Source of the DNA: Thermoplasmatales archaeon SW_10_69_26
GTDB taxonomy: Archaea; Thermoplasmatota; SW-10-69-26
NCBI GenBank assembly: GCA_003009755.1
Contig: PXUB01000005.1
Coordinates: forward strand, 25,460-57,567
Direction of reading: 5' to 3'
Length of the DNA: 32,108 nucleotides
How positions within the stretch are numbered: position 1 is the first letter of the stretch; each line of letters opens with the position of its first letter. The notes beneath the pieces are model-generated. The model was not told where the DNA came from and ran no database searches. It saw only the letters and a list, made by a program, of their open reading frames with translations. Positions 14,996-22,723 of the stretch are shown here, one piece after another. Both the position numbers and the translations under genes were made by a program.

Positions 14996-16487
14996 GGCGA
15001 TCCTCCTCCCGGGCGTCGAACCGGTTGGCTTCGAGCACGACGGGCGTGTTGTCCCGCACGTCGTCGAGCGTGACCCCGTAGGTCGCGTTGGCGCCCTCGG
15101 TCGCCTGGATCTGCACCCGGCTGGCGTTGACGTCCTCGAAGAGGAACGCCGTCGTGTCCGCGGGATCGCCACCGTCCACCCAGCCATAGCCCTCCGGCGC
15201 CGGGCTGGAGGGCCGCTGGAACGCGAAGCGGTTGCCCTCGGCGTGCAGCGTGGCGCGGTCGGCGGTCTCGGCCTCGAAGGCGGGCACGAGACCGGCCCCG
15301 CGTGGCGCCGGGCGCGTGAGATGGTTGCCGGTCAGGTCGATGCGGGCCTCCTGGGTGAGCCCCTCGTGGCGATCGTTCTCGGCGTTCACCACGTCGAACG
15401 CGAGCGAACCGCCGTCGATGTCGTTGCCGTGCACCCGCAGGTAGGCGTGGTGCTCGTGCTTGTCCTCGAGGTAGGGGTTGGGCTCGCTGTCGGCGGTCTG
15501 GTCGTCGCCGGCGTGGGCTTCGTCGTAGAACCGCAGGGCGCGGTCGGCGCCCTCGACCTCGATCGTGTTGTTCTCGAAGTCCAGCACGTGGTAGCGGTAG
15601 GAGTGCCGGCTGCGGGGCTCGCCGCCCTCGATCGTGTCTGCCGGGAAGTCCTCGGGGTCTTGGTGGGCGTGGGCCGGGCACGCGGAGCAGGAGCCGTGGA
15701 AGTGGCCGTGCAGCTTGACGTCCACGCGGCCCTCGACAGTGTTGTTGTGGACGTGCGCGCCGTGGTAGCCGTCGAAGTTCCACACGACGTCCTCGTCCAG
15801 CTCGGCCGGCCCGGTGTCCGAGAGGTAGGTCTCGACGACGCCGTCGGGGCGCGGGCCGACGTCGTTGTGCTGGAACGTGCCGCCGAAGTGGCGGATCTGC
15901 CCGATGTAGTCGATCTCGTTGTGCTCGAAGAGGCCGGCCGTCGTCGGCCCCTCGCGCTCGACGTTCTCGTTCACCCGCAAGTCGCGCACGTGGTTGTGGT
16001 GGACGTAGACCTCCTCGCCGACGAAGTTCAGCGTGAGCTGGCCGTCGATGTAGCTGTTCTCGACGACGAGCGGGCGGCTGGTGTCCTCGATCGTCAGCTC
16101 CTCGTCGACGCGGAAGCCGTCGATGACGTAGGGGTTCGAGAGCGTGCCGTTGCCAGTGATGTAGCCCTTCTCAGCCATCTCGACCAGGCCGTCGTCGCCC
16201 CGGACGACGAACTCCTCGAAGTGGTGGGGCAGCTCGCTGGCCTGGGCGCGAGAGGGGACCTCGCCCTCGCGGTCGCTCAAGGCGTGGTCGTGGCGGGGCT
16301 GGTGGGCCAACGTCGTCGCCGAGGAACCGTTGGCCTCGTGGTCGTGGTCCTCGGCTTCGTGGCTGGCCGTTCCAGGGTCGGTCTCGTCGGCGCTCGGAGC
16401 CTCGTCCGGGATCAGGCCGACGGCGAGCGTGGCGACCAACAGCGCGGCACCCAAGGCGGCCAAGAGACGGAGGGCTGTCCCTCGCAT
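14985..16487 (-). CDS. Secreted His-rich protein with beta-helix-like (NosD/CASH-type) character
   Basis: Signal/anchor MRGTALRLLAALGAALLVATLAVG; GNGTLSNPYVIDG motif typical of archaeal beta-helix N-termini; repeated [HE]N[NH][TV] strands; His clusters. Confidence 0.8.
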   Translation of the reverse strand: MRGTALRLLAALGAALLVATLAVGLIPDEAPSADETDPGTASHEAEDHDHEANGSSATTLAHQPRHDHALSDREGEVPSRAQASELPHHFEEFVVRGDDGLVEMAEKGYITGNGTLSNPYVIDGFRVDEELTIEDTSRPLVVENSYIDGQLTLNFVGEEVYVHHNHVRDLRVNENVEREGPTTAGLFEHNEIDYIGQIRHFGGTFQHNDVGPRPDGVVETYLSDTGPAELDEDVVWNFDGYHGAHVHNNTVEGRVDVKLHGHFHGSCSACPAHAHQDPEDFPADTIEGGEPRSRHSYRYHVLDFENNTIEVEGADRALRFYDEAHAGDDQTADSEPNPYLEDKHEHHAYLRVHGNDIDGGSLAFDVVNAENDRHEGLTQEARIDLTGNHLTRPAPRGAGLVPAFEAETADRATLHAEGNRFAFQRPSSPAPEGYGWVDGGDPADTTAFLFEDVNASRVQIQATEGANATYGVTLDDVRDNTPVVLEANRFDAREEDRRER

Positions 16488-16510
16488 CGGGTGCCACGTC
16501 CTGCCAGGGC

Positions 16511-16520
16511 CTTAAGAAGA
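16511..16520 (-). promoter_or_regulatory. TATA-like box for a probably leaderless transcript of the 16487 gene
   Basis: Minus strand tcttcttaag ends 24 nt upstream of ATG 16487; no SD present. Confidence 0.5.
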
Positions 16521-16653
16521 GGGTGGATGGCGCGTTTGAGGGTTCCACGCGGTGTCCACGGGGGAGGGAAGAGAGGGGTCGGAAATCACCGAGCCCTTAC
16601 ACAGAGGATGCGCAGAGGAAGAAGTCGGGGGAGAAGAGGACGGAGAGGAGCCC

Positions 16654-16965
16654 TCAGCCGGTCGGCGAGGGGCCCCCGCCCTCGGCGGGCGTGGGGCGGA
16701 CCTCGAAGGTGTCGAAGGTGCCCAGGTCCTCGGCCGGCTCGACCTCGACGCTGTCCACGCGTGCGGCCGAGGACCCCTCGTGGCAGAACTCGACCATCGC
16801 GTCCACGGCGTCCGGCTCCCCCTGGAACACCGCCTCGACGCGCCCGTCCGGCAGGTTGCGCACCCAGCCGTCGACCCCGTGCTTGGCTGCGGTCTTGCGC
16901 GTCGTGTCCCGGAAGTACACGCCCTGCACCTTGCCCGTGACGAACACGTGCTTCGTCACCGTCAT
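16654..16965 (-). CDS. acyP: Acylphosphatase
   Basis: VTGKVQGVYFR and GWVRNLPDGRVEAVFQG signature motifs. Confidence 0.95.
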   Translation of the reverse strand: MTVTKHVFVTGKVQGVYFRDTTRKTAAKHGVDGWVRNLPDGRVEAVFQGEPDAVDAMVEFCHEGSSAARVDSVEVEPAEDLGTFDTFEVRPTPAEGGGPSPTG

Positions 16966-17004
16966 GGCCCTCGCAGCCGGTCCCGGCCCGTTGGATGTTG
17001 GGGT

Positions 17005-19950
17005 CTAGCCTGCCTCGCCGTCGGGCCCCCGCTCGTGGAGCAGGCGGCGCACCTCCTCAGACGCCATCGGCTCGACCTCGACGCGTTCGCCCTCGGGCGT
17101 GTACACGATCGAGGCGTGCACGGTCTTGTCCTCGTGCACCTGGCCGACGATCGCCGCGTACAGCCCGACCTGGCGAGCGTAGGCCTCCAGGCCCTCGCCG
17201 GCGGCGGCCGTCTTCCAGTCAACGATGTCGACGCGGTCCTCGCGGACGGCGACCAGGTCGACCTTGCCCTCGAGCACGTAGCGGACGCCCTCGACCGTGA
17301 GGGACCACCGGCAGGGGACCTCGGGCTCGAGGTTCGCCGTCTCGGCGAGCTCGTCCACGATCGCGGCGACGTGGTGCTCGTCCTCGTTGCCCGGCTCGAC
17401 CGGGCGCCCCATCGCGTAGCGGGCGGCGAAGGAGTGCAGCCGCTGCCCGAACCGCCGGCCGCGGCCGCCGACGACCTCGGGCTCGGTCACCAGCTCCCCG
17501 ACCGGGACCGCTCGGGGAGCCCGGCTGTCCGGCGTGTCGATCGCGAGCGGGTCGGGCGGGTCCTGCTCCTCGGCCGAGCGCGGCTGGGGGTCGGGCTCGA
17601 TCGTGGCCGGATCGTCGGCGACGTGCTCGAAGAACGGGCTGGCGCGGTCCTCCTCGGCGGTCAACACGAGGTGCTGTTCGGCGCGGCTCATCGCGACGTA
17701 GAACAACCGGCGCTCCTCGTCGTGGTCGGTGCCGGGCAGACAACTGCGGAGCACCACGTCCTGCCAGTCGTCGTAGACGTAGGCGGGCCCGTCCTGGGGC
17801 TCGGCGAACACCTTGGAGCGGCGGAGACCGGCGCGCTCGTCGAAGCGGACGACGCCGGGCGGGCCGCCGCCGGTGGACGGGAACCGGCCGCGGTTGAGGT
17901 CGGCGACGATCACGATCGGGTACTCCAGGCCCTTGGCGGCGTGGATCGTCTGCGCGGTCACGACGTTGCCGCCGGGATGGTCGTCGATCGGTTCCGTCGT
18001 CGCGGCCTCGAGGTTGTCCTCCAGGAAGGCGGCCATCTCGGCCGGCGTGCGGCCGCTGGCCTCGAAGGAGCGCTGCAGCGAGGCGACGAGGGCCTCGGTG
18101 ACGCCGTCCCGCAGCCCGTAGCGGTCGAACACGGCCCGGGCTCTGGCGCCGATCGTGTCGAGGTTCGCCAGCTGGCGGCGGAAGCTCCACATCTGTTCGG
18201 GGAAGCTCGCCTCGTCGAGGATCGCCTCGGTCTCGTCGAACGTGTAGCCGGCCTCCTCGAGCACCACGGCCCAGCCCTCCCGCGAGCGCGGGTCCTCGAG
18301 GATGCGCAGCCAGGCCAGCAACAGCTTGGCCGCGTCCGAGCGGTAGACCTCCACGCCGCCCTCGAAGGCCATCGGCAGGGCCAGCTCGCGGGCGCGCTGC
18401 TGCAGCCGCAACGCGAAGTCGCGGGTGCGGGTGAGGACCGCGATGTCCTCGAACCGCGGCGAGCGCGTCGCCACGCGCTCGTCGGTCGTGGCCTCCTCGT
18501 CGACGAGCTCGTGACCCTCGCCGTCGACGATCGCCTCGATGCGATCGAGCACGAGCTCGACCTCGTCCTCGGCCGTGAAGGCGCCCAACCGCGAGTCCTC
18601 GAGGCGGGCGTTGCTCGACAGCTCGACGATCTCGCCGCGCGCGCTCGGGTCCTCGCCCTGCTTGCCGGGAGCGTCCAGCGCTCGCCGCGCGCGGTCGAGG
18701 ATCGCCTGCGTGGAGCGGTAGTTCTCGACGAGGTCGATGCGCGTCAGCTCGCCGGCGAAGGCCTCGGCCGCCGGCACGCGGGCCCGCTGGGGGGAGCGGT
18801 CGGCGTTGAGGTGGTCGGCGTAGCCTCGCACGCGGTCCTCGAAGGCGAGGATGTTGTCGACGCTGGCGTACTGGAAGCTGTAGATCGACTGCTTCCAGTC
18901 GCCCACGCAGCAGAGGTTGGGCTCCTCGCAGAACAAAAGCGCCAGCTCGAGCTGGATCTCGCTGGTGTCCTGGAACTCGTCGATCATGACGTAGGGGGCG
19001 GCCAGCTGCTCGCGCAGCTCGTCGTCCTCGACCAGCAGCACGAACGCCAGCACGAGCAAGAACGGGAAGTTCAGGACGTTGCGATCGAGGGCGTAGGTGA
19101 GGTAGGCGGCGTAGACGTCCTGGACGAACTCGATCAGCTGTTGGCGGTCCTGGTCGAACACGCGGGCGCCCAGCTCATCCTCGCACCGCTTGGCCCCGTC
19201 GGGGCCCCGCAGCTCGTCGACGTCGGGCGCGTGGGGGAGCACGAGCTTGTGCTTGTACCGGCGCAGGTCCTCGCGCAAATCCGATTGCCGGCTGCCGTCG
19301 GTTTCGTTGGCCTCCCGGAACGCCTCGAGGAAGGCCTCCCGGTCGCCGCGGATCTCCCGCGAGCCCTCGCGGTAGAAGCCCTCGCTGGTCGGCACGATGC
19401 CCTTCGAAGCCAGCGCCTTGACCAGGCCGAGCAGGTTCACCGGATCGTGGAGGGCCTGGAACATCGCCCGGTGCTCGGGGTGGTCCTGGCGGAAGGAGCG
19501 AAGGAAGTCCTCGAACAGCTCGCGCTCGCGGACCTCGTTCTCGATCAGGGAGACGTTGGGGGCCAGCTCGGCGTCCAGGCCCAGGTGGCGGGGCGCCTGG
19601 AAGCCGTGGTTCTCGAGGATGCGCTTGGCGAGCGCGTGGAACGTCGAGATCGGAGCATCGCGCAGCTGGCTGGGCGACACCGAGGGACCGCCGACGCGCA
19701 GGATGCGTTCGCGCATCTCCTCGGCGGCGTTGTTCGTGAACGTGATGAGCAGGATGTCGCGGGGATCGAGGTCGCGGGCCTCGAGGATGTGCAGATAGCG
19801 GTGGGCGATCGTGAACGTCTTCCCGGTGCCGGCGCCGGCGTCGACGAGGACCGGGCCCTCGATCGTCTCGATGAGTTCGCGCTGCTCGGCGTTGGGCTCG
19901 ATCGCCTCCTCCTGGCCCGGCAGCCGGGTCTGGGCGGTCTCCTCACCCAT
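17005..19950 (-). CDS. UvrD/SF1A ATP-dependent helicase with C-terminal PD-(D/E)XK nuclease (AddA/AdnB-like)
   Basis: AGAGTGKT, ITFTNNAAEEMRERI, IDEFQDTS, VGDWKQSIYSFQ, NYRS, TIHAAKGLEY and EERRLFYVAMSRA; nuclease GKVDLV...IVDWKT...QVGLYA. Confidence 0.93.
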   Translation of the reverse strand: MGEETAQTRLPGQEEAIEPNAEQRELIETIEGPVLVDAGAGTGKTFTIAHRYLHILEARDLDPRDILLITFTNNAAEEMRERILRVGGPSVSPSQLRDAPISTFHALAKRILENHGFQAPRHLGLDAELAPNVSLIENEVRERELFEDFLRSFRQDHPEHRAMFQALHDPVNLLGLVKALASKGIVPTSEGFYREGSREIRGDREAFLEAFREANETDGSRQSDLREDLRRYKHKLVLPHAPDVDELRGPDGAKRCEDELGARVFDQDRQQLIEFVQDVYAAYLTYALDRNVLNFPFLLVLAFVLLVEDDELREQLAAPYVMIDEFQDTSEIQLELALLFCEEPNLCCVGDWKQSIYSFQYASVDNILAFEDRVRGYADHLNADRSPQRARVPAAEAFAGELTRIDLVENYRSTQAILDRARRALDAPGKQGEDPSARGEIVELSSNARLEDSRLGAFTAEDEVELVLDRIEAIVDGEGHELVDEEATTDERVATRSPRFEDIAVLTRTRDFALRLQQRARELALPMAFEGGVEVYRSDAAKLLLAWLRILEDPRSREGWAVVLEEAGYTFDETEAILDEASFPEQMWSFRRQLANLDTIGARARAVFDRYGLRDGVTEALVASLQRSFEASGRTPAEMAAFLEDNLEAATTEPIDDHPGGNVVTAQTIHAAKGLEYPIVIVADLNRGRFPSTGGGPPGVVRFDERAGLRRSKVFAEPQDGPAYVYDDWQDVVLRSCLPGTDHDEERRLFYVAMSRAEQHLVLTAEEDRASPFFEHVADDPATIEPDPQPRSAEEQDPPDPLAIDTPDSRAPRAVPVGELVTEPEVVGGRGRRFGQRLHSFAARYAMGRPVEPGNEDEHHVAAIVDELAETANLEPEVPCRWSLTVEGVRYVLEGKVDLVAVREDRVDIVDWKTAAAGEGLEAYARQVGLYAAIVGQVHEDKTVHASIVYTPEGERVEVEPMASEEVRRLLHERGPDGEAG

Positions 19951-22579
19951 GGCGAGCCTCCCGGCGATCGCGGTGGGTGGACAGGTCCCGCAGCACGAGG
20001 TCGCGGTGCTCGACGTCGTCCATGTCCACCTCGTCGGGGACGGGGAACCGCGAGCTGCGCCAGGTGGCCGAATCGGCCAGCACGTCGTCGACGTGGTCGG
20101 CCAACCGATCGAGGTCCCCGGCCGACAGGGTGCGCTCGCGCAGGCGGACGAGCTGTTTGACGACGCCGCGAGCGGCGTCCTCGCACTTGACGAGGTCCCC
20201 GCGCTTGCGCTTGGCGAGGTCGATCAGGCCCTCGGTGAACGGGTGCGCCAGGGCCGCCTGCTTGTCCTCGAAGTCGGGCAGCTGGGCGCCCTCGACGTAG
20301 CTGCGGTAGGCCTCGTAGCCGACGGCCGCGAACACGTCCTCGCGCTTGTTGCTGGACTGCGTGGCGTGTTCGTAGGCGGCCTCGCTGGCGACGTGCTCGG
20401 TGAAGGGCTCGGCGGTGTACCGCAACCGGCGCGTGAACTCGCGGGGCTCGAGGCCGCCCTGGATGGCCTGCGTGCGCTCGGCGAGCAGGTCCACGAACGC
20501 GAACTCGAGGTCCTCGGCCGGCCGCGTCGACCGGTGGTGCAACAGGTACACGCTGGGCTGGAAGCGCGGCACGTCCTCGGGCTCGTCGACGCGGGCCCGG
20601 CGCACCGTCTTGGGCAGGCTGTCGGGGTTGCGGGCCGACTTCCAGTCGACCAGGCGCGTGGGTGCGTGCACCAGGTCGACCTTGCCGTGGACGCCCAGCG
20701 CGGGCGAGCGGAACCAGCGTTCGCTTCGCTCGCGCTCGAGGGGGACCTCGAGGTGGTCGGCGAAGAGGTTGTCGGCCTGCCGGTCGGGGGGAGGCGGCTG
20801 GTAGCCCTCGGGGACGGCGCCCTCGGGCGGGTTCACGGCCAGCCAGTTCCGGATCGCTCGGAAGGCCAGCTCGAGCTCGGTCCGATGGGCGGGGCGCTCG
20901 TCGGGGTCGACGAGGTCGGCCATCGCCGCGAGCCCGACGTCGGCGAGCTCGGCGATCGTGTCCTCGTCGAGCCTGTCGGTGTGTTGGGCGGCCAGCTCGG
21001 CGAAGGCGTGGACGATCCGCCCTCGCCGCAGCCACAGCGTCTCCGTCGTCGGCACGAGCTGATCCATGAACCACTCGCGCGGGCAGTGCGTGAGCCGGTC
21101 GAGGTCGCTGCTGGACAGGGTCTCGACCGGCTCGGGGTCCACGTCCACGAGGTCTCGGTCGGGCTCGAACCCGTCGCCGGGCGCCGTCGAGGGCTCGGGC
21201 GCGCGCCGGCGGTCGTGGGGGAGCTCGGCGAAGCGCTCAAACGTCCGGTCGAGGATCTCGTGCAGGTGGAAGCAGGGCGTCACGGGTTTGCCCCGCCGGG
21301 TGTCCTGGACGAGGTAGGCCCGCCGGCGCCCGCTTTGCAGCAGCCGCCCGAAGCGGGCCAGGTCGCGGGCTTCGCGCTGTCGACGCTGCTCGGGCGTGGT
21401 CCAGGCCTCGTCGGGCACGGTCTGGGCCCACCCGGTGCCGAGGCCGACGTGGAACACCAGCGGTCGGTCGACGTAGGCGTTGTCGCGCCCGGAGGCCAAC
21501 AGCACGCCTTCACGGCTGTAGTCGCGCTCGATCGGGTACGTCTCGAGGTAGAAGGCCAGCGCATCGAGCAGCTCCCGCGTCAGCGGTGCGTCGCCGAGCC
21601 CGAGCTCGTCCACGAGCGTCGTCAGCTCGCGCGGGGCGTCGGCGATCTCGCGGAACCGCTCGAGGGCCTCGCCCAGGCGCAGGCCGTCCATCGCGTCCCA
21701 CAGCTCGGTGAGGCCGCCCAACCGGCGCTCCTCGAGCTGGCTGACGAGCTTGTCGTCGTCGCGGCGGCGGCCGGGCAAGCCCAACTCGGCGACGAGACCG
21801 CGAACGTCGCGGGCCCGCAACCCCTCGCGGGTCATGCCGAGGCGGACCGCGCGCAGGAACGAGCGCAGCCCGGGGTGCTCGGCGAGCTCGTCCTCGGTGT
21901 GGTAGGGGATCGAGCGCGCCTCGAGCGTGGCCTCGACCAGCGGCCGCACGGGTCCGGCCGGGTCGAGCACGACGCCGACGTCGCCGGCGTTGTCGGCCGT
22001 GATGTGGGCTTCGAGCGTGTCGGCGATGCTCACCGTCGAGGGGAGCAGGTCCACCGAGCCCAGTTCGAAGGTGCCGGCGTCGGCGAAGGCGTCCACCTCG
22101 TCGTAGGTGTCCGGCAACACGGCCCGGTCCAGCGCCGACAACCCGTCGGCGTCGATGACCGCCAGGTCCAGGCTCTCGGGCGCGGTGACGTCCTCGCGGA
22201 GGCTGTAGGCGCTCTCGATGCCGGTCACGATGTCGACGACGGCCCGCATCTCCTCGCTGGCGTAGCGATCGTGCTCGAGGATCGCCTCGGCCGAGCCGGT
22301 GTCCTCCCAGCATCGGAGCACGCGATCGAGGTAGGTGGCGGCGCGCTTGAACGAGAGATCCCTCGCTTGCACGACCTCGTGGAACATCTCCCGCCGGTCG
22401 GCGACCTCCAGGCCCTGCTTGGCGTAGTTGCGCGGCGTCGTCGCGACGTCGCCCAGGCGGGCGCCGCGGGCCCGGCGGTTGAGGGCCAAGGCTAGGGGAG
22501 CATCGGCGGTGACGACGAGGTCGTGGTCGGCGACGAGCGTGTGCAGACGATCGATCGAGCGCGCCCGGCGAAGCGCCAC
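19943..22579 (-). CDS. PD-(D/E)XK nuclease with degenerate helicase-like N-terminus (AddB/AdnA-like partner)
   Basis: GTG start at 22579 (ALRRARSID); LSSSDLDRLTHCPREWF...RGRIVH, GKVDLV...LVDWKS...QPSVY; no Walker A; 8-nt overlap with the helicase gene. Confidence 0.85.
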   Translation of the reverse strand: MALRRARSIDRLHTLVADHDLVVTADAPLALALNRRARGARLGDVATTPRNYAKQGLEVADRREMFHEVVQARDLSFKRAATYLDRVLRCWEDTGSAEAILEHDRYASEEMRAVVDIVTGIESAYSLREDVTAPESLDLAVIDADGLSALDRAVLPDTYDEVDAFADAGTFELGSVDLLPSTVSIADTLEAHITADNAGDVGVVLDPAGPVRPLVEATLEARSIPYHTEDELAEHPGLRSFLRAVRLGMTREGLRARDVRGLVAELGLPGRRRDDDKLVSQLEERRLGGLTELWDAMDGLRLGEALERFREIADAPRELTTLVDELGLGDAPLTRELLDALAFYLETYPIERDYSREGVLLASGRDNAYVDRPLVFHVGLGTGWAQTVPDEAWTTPEQRRQREARDLARFGRLLQSGRRRAYLVQDTRRGKPVTPCFHLHEILDRTFERFAELPHDRRRAPEPSTAPGDGFEPDRDLVDVDPEPVETLSSSDLDRLTHCPREWFMDQLVPTTETLWLRRGRIVHAFAELAAQHTDRLDEDTIAELADVGLAAMADLVDPDERPAHRTELELAFRAIRNWLAVNPPEGAVPEGYQPPPPDRQADNLFADHLEVPLERERSERWFRSPALGVHGKVDLVHAPTRLVDWKSARNPDSLPKTVRRARVDEPEDVPRFQPSVYLLHHRSTRPAEDLEFAFVDLLAERTQAIQGGLEPREFTRRLRYTAEPFTEHVASEAAYEHATQSSNKREDVFAAVGYEAYRSYVEGAQLPDFEDKQAALAHPFTEGLIDLAKRKRGDLVKCEDAARGVVKQLVRLRERTLSAGDLDRLADHVDDVLADSATWRSSRFPVPDEVDMDDVEHRDLVLRDLSTHRDRREARHG

Positions 22580-22662
22580 GCGCCCGCAGGCCCCGGCCTG
22601 GACGTAAGGCCATCGGCCGATGGTTCGGTGCCCAGGCGAACACCGGTCTCTGGGGGTCGACA

Positions 22663-22717
22663 AGAAAGAGACGTTGGAGAGGGAGGGAGAGGGGGAGGAG
22701 GGCCCCCTGGGAGGGCC
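22663..22717 (-). terminator. Hairpin plus long pyrimidine tract after the 837-aa gene
   Basis: Minus strand ggccctc-cca-gggggcc followed by ctcctccccctctccctccctctcc...tctctttctt. Confidence 0.5.
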
Positions 22718-22723
22718 GGGCGC

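Noticed and set aside
15660-15715. CSAC..H as a heme c site; likewise CAGC in the 8236 gene and CSSDC in the 837-aa protein
   Set aside because: None matches CxxCH, so there is no support for a cytochrome or nanowire call.
16520-16653. tRNA or structured ncRNA in the acyP downstream spacer
   Set aside because: No cloverleaf, T-loop or convincing stems; only purine/pyrimidine skew.
19943-21130. PD-(D/E)XK domain as Cas4 or a CRISPR adaptation module
   Set aside because: It is fused to a long helicase-like region, paired with a UvrD helicase and lacks the Cys cluster; no cas1 or array nearby.
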